From: Octopus sinensis
Lineage: Eukaryota
Direction of reading: 5' to 3'
Length of the DNA stretch: 64,000 nucleotides
NCBI RefSeq assembly: GCF_006345805.1
Contig: NC_043003.1
Coordinates: forward strand, 105,400,001 to 105,464,000
A program made the translations under genes and the position numbers. Under the pieces are notes generated by a model that ran no database searches, was not told the origin of the DNA, and was given only the letters and a program-made list of their open reading frames with translations. Shown here piece after piece: positions 49,741 to 59,324 of the stretch (position 1 is the stretch's first letter; every line of letters starts with the position of its first letter).

Positions 49741-52700
49741 GTTCTAGAGGGAGCTTTTTGGGAATATTTATAAACAAATTTTTTAATGTGTAAAACTGTT
49801 AACCTTCAGTCTTCGTTTTACATATTACAAACATATTTCTAATGTAATTTTCACATATGTATTACAAGCTGGTGGTGAGGGACACAAAAACTAAGGAAGC
49901 GTGACGACTAGATCTGATGGCTTCTTCTCTGTCACCTCTTCAGCTCCCTGTGGAACTTTTGACCCATCAACATGTCTTTGATTTCTTTCTTTTTGTCCTC
50001 CACAATCTTCAGGTACACTTCCCATTTTGTTTCAAAGGTTGCTGAGAGGGTTCTCAGCTTTACCCGTTCCTAGAAGATTAGGATCTTTAAGGATCATTAA
50101 ACACTGAGTTCTAATCCTGTACCCTGATACGAGAAGGTGCTCCAGCCTCTCCAGTAGTGCTTTAATCTGTGAATGTCCTCACTCTTCCTTTACTCTAAAT
50201 AAATGGACATCTTTTGCTTTCTGTGGTTTTCTTAGCAAGAAATGTTTCTCTGCTGTAGATCTGCTAATTCTATGAAGAAACCCCAACCTAAAGGATTTGG
50301 CTTGTGTTTAGCAGTCTTTTAATATTATGCCCACAAACAAGTTGTTGGTGTTATTTTTTTAAATGTCTGAGAGAGCAGCATACCCAGATGTGGAGATTCT
50401 GATAGCATAGGTTCTGAGATTATGATGGCATTGGTTCTAAACTTGTTCAGTGAATGTCCATTTTCCCTCCTGACATGTGTTGGTCTGACAGGAGCCAACA
50501 AGCCAGAGGACTGCACCAAGCTCCAATGTCTGTTTTTGCATCGTTTCTACAGCTGGATCCCTTCCTAACGCCAACCACTTCCCAGAATGTACTGAGTGCG
50601 ATCACCAAGTAATTTCCAGGACAAGATCCTCCTTCAACTGAGGGAGGAGTAAATTTGAGGGATATGGCTTTATGCCAGAAGGTGAGAGGTGTGCCTGAAA
50701 TGCCATCATTTACAGGACATTAACCACCAGTGTTGTTTCTTTCTTTAAACCTTTCCATTGCAATTAATGGTTTTTGTTACAGTTAATTTTGAAAATAGGA
50801 AAAATTTGTCACGGGATTGTCAATGGAGTTCCAACCAACCATAGGTTGGTCAAAGGATCATGACAATGAGAGATTAAAGTCTGAGAGAGGGACAGGAAGC
50901 TGGTGTTTTGCTGTAGGGAAGTGTATTGTTTTATAATTGTTTATTATTATATTTGAATTTCAATATCATTGTAGAGCCTGCCAACAAGAAGAAAAAACAC
51001 CAAAAAGGTAGGGTTTTATTCTTCTCAAATTCTATCCTCTTTCATGATTCTGTCGTTCAATTAGCATATTAAAGTTATATGTGATTTTTTTTGTTTTCAT
51101 GTTTACTTTTTTGTTCTTTTGGATATTAGCTCAACCGATATTTTGGTCTCAAAAAACAAATCTAATGAATTCAATATTGGTTTGCTACAGCTGAAGGGAA
51201 AAAATGAGATTCAACATTTGTTTGGTTACCCTTGTCAGAAATGAGTTCATCTTCAGTTTCTGAAAAGTTGTTTCAGATTTTGATTTCTGAATGTAAGAGA
51301 AATTCCATCTGAATATGGTAACAGGCACTGAGAGAAGGAGATGCACACTTACCAAGATATTGGCCTCAGCAGCATCTTTAAAGCTCCATTGCAACAGCAC
51401 CGATGCTTAGTAAGCAGTGATTGGTGAGCATTTTGTAAAATATTGTCATCTCGTGTGCTGTGGATTGTAATGCAGTGTAGGAACAGATCCGACATATTTA
51501 GTTTATAGGTGACCAAATTAGATATTTGTCTGGCTCTAGTTCTACTTGCTTGCTTGCAGATGGCTGAATCTAGTATTCCATGGCAATAATTGTGATAATT
51601 GGTGGTTTTTATGCTATAAATAAGTTTCTTTTCTGTTTCAGAAGAAACAACAACTACAGCAAAAGCTGGGCAAAACAATACTTCGTCAGCTTCAAAAGGT
51701 AAACAGTTTTATTTCTGTTAAATAACTTTAGATATTAACATTTGAAGCATTTGTGTCTAAATAGCAGAAACATCTTTGGTATGACAATTTTCCATCTTTT
51801 ATTTTTTCTTTGTAGAAAATGGTAAAAAGAAGAAATCCAATAACAGCGGAGAAACTTTGCAAAACGGATCTGCTGGAGAAGGTAAAAAACTTATTGAAAT
51901 ATTTTGTTGCTGTTTTAGAATTTTGATTTAGAATACAATTGCAGCATGGAAGGTGTTTGTAAGTCATTTAAGAAACACACAAAAACCGTTCGATTCACTT
52001 TAACATTTAAGTTTAATTTGTCAAAATATTTTCGGCGCTTTAAGACCGCGACCTGTTCACTGTGCTATGCAAGTACATCTCCGATTTAGAATACATTAAA
52101 AGAAAAATATCAAATCAAAAGCTTTAATAAATGAATGAAGTTATTGTTAAGGTAGCCTTTAATTAGTGTCAAATAATCACTGATCTGTCACCAAACACTA
52201 CAAGTCATCATCTCATTTGATGTGTCCTTGAATAGTTTCTGTATCTACAAAATTTAATGTTCATCCTGGGTCGTCAAGTTGCATGGAATTGATTGCCTTA
52301 GAAACAGCAAAGTATTTTATTGGGACTTTTGCCACTTATCGCTTTGTATGAGGTTGAGTATACCTCATACTGCTTCTGTGTTTAGTGAAGCTACTAATGG
52401 GTAGGTCAGATTTTCTAACTCTTCCACTGCTAAAAACAAAGAAACAATAATTATGCAGGGTTCTTAATTTCCGTTCCCAAAGATTTCTTAAATAGTTTGA
52501 AGGATAATTCTTCTTCCTCTATTTAGTGTCAGACAAAAGTTACTAATCTGTTTTCCGTTAGTAAAAAAGCTAGATTTATTTAGATAACTTATTTTACAAC
52601 TAAGTATGCGGCCCTTGTTATATTTTCCTTTCATTCAGAGGAAACAATGAATCATAAAAACCAAGAAATAGTTCAGACCATTTTCAATGTTATCAACCTG

Positions 52701-55700
52701 ATGAGATTTGTGCCTAACGATCCTAAGCATCTGCTTCAATATTTTACTATTTTCTATGATTTGTACAGAGAGTGCAAAAAAGAGGAAACGCAAGATCAGT
52801 GAAGAAAGTGTGAAAAGTGGTGATGGTAGGTTGCTTGTTCATTGGAATATATTGCTGGCATTGTTTTACTTTACTATTGTGTGATTTAATATACGGAAAC
52901 ACTGGACGCGGTCAATGAAATTGACTGGGAGAAAGCTATTTTAGCCCTGGATTGCCATACCTAACCTGCCACATTCTCACATTAAATAAGCAAAGTGTAA
53001 AAAATAAAAAGAAATAGGATATATATATATATGTGATGTATGGTTAAAGAATTTCTATAACATTCCCCACCCCACCCTAATATAATTTGATTCATTTGCA
53101 ATCTAATTGATTATATTGAAGATGAGCATTAATTACAGTGTAAAGTTAACTAGTTATGCTTCCGTAAAGTTGAGGGTTTTAATTCAGTTTTTTTTTTTTT
53201 TTTTTTTGTAATTTTGTGGTGAGTTGATTAATGTCCAAAATTCATTTTTATCCATTTATTAGTCACAGTACAATGGCAAGCGAGAGCATTTCTGTTTAGT
53301 TTTGTTTCATGGAAGTTTAGGAGTTTCACTTGAAGCTGGTGCTTTATATTTCTGCTTTAATGATGGAACATTAGCTTCAAATAAGATTGTTTTCTCCAAA
53401 GTTATGGCTTGTGCTTGTTGTTAGTAAAATAAAATAGACATTAGAATTTGGTATTAAAAGTGACTCAGATACTAAGAGAGTAGCTAAACCCTTTCGTTAC
53501 CAACCCGGCTGAAACCATCTCTGGCTCTGTAGTACAAATGTCTTGTTTTCATAAGTTTTGAATTAAAATCTTCCACCAAACCTTAGTCACAATTTATGTT
53601 CCTAACACTAAGCTTAATGATAACTAAAGTACTTAAAGTAATTGAAAGAAATACAGAGCATCTCAAAATACATAGAGTAACGAAAGGGTTCAAGCAAAAA
53701 TCAGTCTTTTCTATAGATTCTTTATTTTCAGGTGTTTTTGTTTTCTTTTTCTTTGCTTTTGCTAGTTTTATTTGGCCAAAGTTGATTTATATTCACCATT
53801 ATTGTAGTATTGTTAGAGATTATCCTTGTTTACCCCAGCTGAACAAGAGTTGAGGATGCTTATGATCAAAAGCATTTTCTCATGACCATCCAGTCTTTAT
53901 AGGGGGGTGGGGTGTCTCAGATTACCATATGAGATGCATCTCAATTTCTAAAGCAGATATGCAGGAAAAACGGTTTTAGTAGATTAAAGCATATAATCAT
54001 CCTTATCATCATTTAACGTCCGTTGCCCATGCTGGCATGGGTTGGACAGTTTGACCAGGGCTACTAAGCTGAGAGACTGCACCAGCCTCCAGTCTGATTT
54101 AGCATGATTTCTATGGATGGATGCCTTCTTAATACCAGAGAGTCTCAATTTTACATATAGGGCCCAGGGGATTTTCTTCAGCAAGAAAGTATGCCTTATA
54201 TGCCATCAATTACGGGACATTGTTTCTTTCTTTAAACCTTTTTGTCACCATATTTGAGTTAATCCTTGTTTATCCCAGCTGAAATCACAATCAAAATCAA
54301 ATTCGCTGATGTGGCTGATGACAGCACCACCTGAATGGCATGGGTGCCAGTGGAACGTTAAAGCACCATCCGAGTGTGATCGTTGCCAAGGCCGCTGACT
54401 CAGTCATGTGTTGGTGGCACATAAAAGGCAACATTTGAGCGTGATTGTTGCCAGTATTGCCACTGCAGCTGGACTGGCTCCTGTGCAGGTGACACCTAAA
54501 AGACACCATTTGAGCATGGCTGTTGCCAGTACCGCCTGACTGGCCCTTGTGCCAGTGGCATGTAAAAAGCACCCACTACACTCTTGGAGTGGTTGGCATT
54601 AGGAAGGGCATCCAGCTGTAGAAACTAACTCTGTCCGATCAGATTAGAGCCTGGTGCAACCATCTGGTTCGCCAGTACTCAGTCAAACCATCCAACCCAT
54701 ACCAGCATGGAAAGCGGGCGTTAAACGATGATGATGATTTCTGTTGCAATAAACTGCTTTTGTTACAGTTAATTTTGAAAATATGAAGAATTTAATAAAA
54801 TTACTTTGTTGTAATAAAACTGGCGTTTGGAACATGGAATTTTGGTGGAAGAAGGTTTTAATTCCGAACATTTTTAAAACGGAGTTTGGGTCATAAAATC
54901 AGAAAGTGTTTCAGGTGAGTTGGTATGAAAAGGGTCAAAGATGGTTGGGTGTGGGTCGAGGATCAAACAACCATCCAGAGACTTCTTTATTAACTCATTT
55001 GTGAGGGTGTAGTGTGTTGGTGTAACAGACCTAAAATCTTCAGTGAGTGTTTGCTGGGAGTCAGTTGTAAGCTAAGATGTAGAGTGATGATGATGATGAT
55101 GTAGATTGATGATGATATGTGGTTAAAGTTTGTAATTTAGTGGAAAATGTCAGGAAAAACTGGTTCATATTTCATTATATAGGTTTATTGATCATTGGGA
55201 AATATTTGATCAGTTAGGTCTGTTAATTGAGACTTGAACCTGGACACCAACTGGACGGTTGATTGCTTTCTACAGCAAAGCTTTTTGTTGGTTCTTTCAG
55301 ACAAGAATAAAACCACCAAACCAAAAGGTGCACAAAGTGACAACTCACCTGCAGCAAAAGGTAATCGGTGTTGGTGCTTGATTGACCATTTTCCTGTTCA
55401 CAACTATTTCCACAGTAATTCTTACTCTGGAACTGTCTCCATTCTATGTAAATTCTTTCAGGAAACAATACAGTTGTTCTAAAAATGAAGGAGCCATTAT
55501 GTGAATTTCTTCATGTTGTTTCAGTATCAAAGTGTTTGTAGGACTCCACCGCTAGGAAAATAGGTTCTTCCAATTCATAACAGAAAATCCGTTTGTCTAT
55601 TTCTGAAAACTCTTGGCAGTCTTTGGTATTTTTGCATAAATTTCTCCCTCTTCAATATTGATGCTTTTATTTATCTTCAATAAAACTGAAACAGCGTCTT

Positions 55701-58700
55701 GCAATATTTTTAATATTCTGATATCCTGAGAAGATATCCTTCAAATTATTATTGGACATTTAGTGTGAAAGTGTGTGTGTAGTTAGCAAAAATAATAATG
55801 ATGGAAAAACAAAGGCATGGCGTGGGGTGCGATGCACACCCTGTGCGCAGAGAGATCTTCTTGCTTTTTAATTGAACTGAATTTTTTTTTAAGCATCACC
55901 ATTATAGGTATTTGGTATAAACCTATAGGTATAGGTATATAGATACCTATATAGGTATTTATACTTTGGTGAAATTAAGGAATCAACTCGTAAATAAATG
56001 AAACCCTCAAATCCATCAGTGTACACACACGCAGTCACATATCTATGCATGCATGTATATGCACACGACTACATGCATAGGTACACCATGATCTATACAC
56101 ATGCAGATGAAGGTCAGTTCATATGAAAAAGAAAGTGAACAAAATATGACCACTTGCTTATTGGGAAAATTGTAAGTCCGATTTTTTTTTTGTTTTTGTT
56201 AAATAATCAAAGCAAATGTTCATCATTTCGAACCACTCACCCAATGAGTATTTCTGTCAAATCTGGTGAAAATCCGTTCAGCCGTTTCCCAGTAATTTTG
56301 CAAACACACAGACTAAGACGAGTGATTATAACCCCCTGCTTTCACTTGCGCTCACTGGGGTGAGAAGGGGGGGGTGGTCAATTTCATCAACCCCGGTGCT
56401 CAATTGTTACTTAATTTATTGACTCTGTGAAGATGAAGGGCAAAGTCAACCTCAGTGGAATTTGAACTTAGAAGATAAAACCTGAGGAAATGTTGCTAAG
56501 CATTTGGTCTGCCATGCTAGCAATTCTGTGCTGCCTTAAAAATAATAAGGGAGAGAAGGAAATCAGTTGGTTTTATTTTAAATGTAAATCGCATGCCAAA
56601 AGTTTATAGCAATTATAAAATCTTTTGTAATTAGTTAATAAACGAAATATATAATGTGATGAAATAGATGTTTTAAAAGAATTAAGATCAAAGCACAATT
56701 TTAGTTGTCATGAAATATTTCATGAGAGGAACTTATGAATATGAGATGAACATCAACCACTTAAGTCTTTGTAACTTAGAACTTTTTTTCTATTTTTAAC
56801 ATTTTTCATTGAAAAACTAGAATAGGTATTGTACTGCAAACCAAACTGGGAGTTCAATACTTCAAAGTTGAAAGTGAACTTGAAACCTTTATTTCTTACA
56901 AAGGATTTTGTATTTTTTTTCTTAGATCCTTTTGAGAAGTATAAACTTTTGGTTATGGAATTCTCCTCACAACTATGTAATTATTGGCTTGGTTCCATTG
57001 TGGTGCATCTTGAGTAAGAATTTTCTAGTTTAGTCTTTGATTGATGAATACTTTGTGAGGGAGGTTTGGTTGGTGGAAGCCTGCCACACATAATACACGC
57101 ATTCAGTGTGTGTATTGATGGTTGATCAAGCCATACCCAATGACTGGTGTAGCAATATAATTGTCAACTGCTACAAGAGCAAAGAAGATGTCTAAAAGAG
57201 AAATGGTTATAGGGGAACCAGACTACTGAATCAGGTTATGAAGGGGTCACAGCACAATTGACCCTTGATAATGTAGATCTGGATGAGATGCCTGAAAGAG
57301 GTACCACAGATATAGTCTACCTGGTGAGGCAACTACAGCAGAAATAGTTGGCTAAATATATACTACTCCTGGCTTTCATTGGTATGGAGAAGGTGTTTGA
57401 CAGGGTGCTATGTTCAGTAATGTAGCAAGGTGTAGATGAAATGGCTCATGATGGCTGAGGTAGCAAGGTGTAGATGAAATGGCTCATGACGGCTGTGCAA
57501 GCTATGTACAAAGTTGTATTAAGTGTTGGTGAGAGTCAGCAATGATTTCAGAGAGGGTGGGAGTCCAAACTCAGTCTTTAATCCTTTCCTATTCATCATA
57601 GTCTAGTGGCCATGCTGTTCATGGACACTGATATGCTGATATTCTAGTTCCCACAGCTGAATCTCTGAGACAAGGCAAAAGAATCAAAACCTAGAACTGA
57701 GAGGTTTCAATGTAAACTTAGCAAAGATGAAGGTTTCAGTAAATAGAAAAAAAAGACAGTTATTCTTGGGGAAATGGCTTTGCTTGGTATGCAAAAATGG
57801 AATAGGTATAAATTCTGTATATTGTACATACTGTAAGGCAAGGACACAGAAGACATGTAGTGGAATCACAGGCAGACTAACAGATAACAAATATTTAAAA
57901 TATTTTCAAAGTATGGATGAAGTGAGGACCCAAATATTGCTTCATAATTTTTGTGTGAAGAAGAAAGAATTTCATAACACTATCTTCATCTCTTTGAGAA
58001 ATTACTTAATGGAGAAATTCTTTCAGTATATTTTTTCACTGTAGGAACAATCTAGATGTTTCTGATTTTATTTTTTGATATTTTAACTGTTCACATTATG
58101 AAATTTTAATAATTTTTTTATTTAATGTTATAGATAATAACATTATCTACATATGTGATGGATGCTCTGGCGCAGTACATACTGTGAGCACCCCAGAAAT
58201 AGATTGTCTTAAGATAGCTTTTGTTAGCAAGATGTAATAGGAGGGAAGGTGATTGCTCTGAAAGTATAGCAACCAGGAGAAGAACAAGTGAGAAAGTTCA
58301 GGGAGTGTTTGCAGCAAAGGCGTTTTTTCTTGGAGAGAGGGCAGATTGTATGATGCATGTGTTAGGAGTGTAGTGTGACATGGGCTTTAAATGCAGAGGA
58401 CTTGAGAAAACTGGAAAGAAATGAAGTGTTGTTGGATGTGAATGTGCATGAATGACATGGTACAAGTGTGGTGAGAGAAAATCTGGGCAGAAGAGGAATC
58501 AGATGTAGTGTGCAAGAAAGAAGACTGCACTGGTATGGACATGCGATGCATATAGATAAGGACATCTCTCTTTATTTAGAAGTGCCGATCACTGAATGTG
58601 GATGGAGTTTGCAAAAGGGGACCCAGGAAGATTCAGTACAAAGTAATGAAGGATTTCAGGACCCTGTGGAGGAGATAAGAAGTGACTGGGATGGCTGGTG

Positions 58701-59290
58701 ATATGTGGCCCTTGAAGAAACACATCCAAATTGGCACCCATCAGCTGTCTGCAGCTTTCCTTTGATTACACCACTTCTCCTCGCCATCCAGAGCCACATC
58801 CTTCTACTCTCCTCTCCAAGCTGTATTTGCTTTAGTTTCAACACACAGTCTCAGATGAAATCCCTTGACAGCTTCATGCATTTTCAAAATATAATTTCTG
58901 TTTTAGAGAAAAAGAAGAAGAGATCTAAGAGAAGGAAGGGTTCGAAGGCTGATGATAAACCCAAAGAGATGATTTTGGGTGAAGATGAAGCAACTACAGA
59001 AAAAAAGGCGAAGCAATTCTTAAATGTTTGGTACACAAATAAGACTGAATGGAATTTTGTAAAAGCCCGTCAGAACTGGTTGGTTCATCATATGTATGAT
59101 CCTGAAAAGGTCAGTTTTCATGACATTTTAACTTCCTTGCTTTAACCATTACAAAATGGTCACAGTTAGTGATTTATTAATTACCATTGAATATTTAATA
59201 TGTACAGGTGTAGCCCTCTGGTGTAGGAATTTGCTTCCCAACCACATGGTTTCAGGTTCAGGCCCAGTGTGTGACACTTTGAGCAAGTGT

Positions 59291-59324
<34 letters not shown>

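Noticed and set aside
52639-52802. Upstream alternative acceptor (cag at 52638) opening a 54-codon frame starting EETMNH
   Set aside because: 130 nt offset shifts the frame and ends in TGA; no donor; similarity to B exons is only about 3 codons
58705-58906. N-terminal extension of the ORF-track 146-aa ORF
   Set aside because: Intronic (RTE remnant and polypyrimidine tract) upstream of the acceptor at 58906
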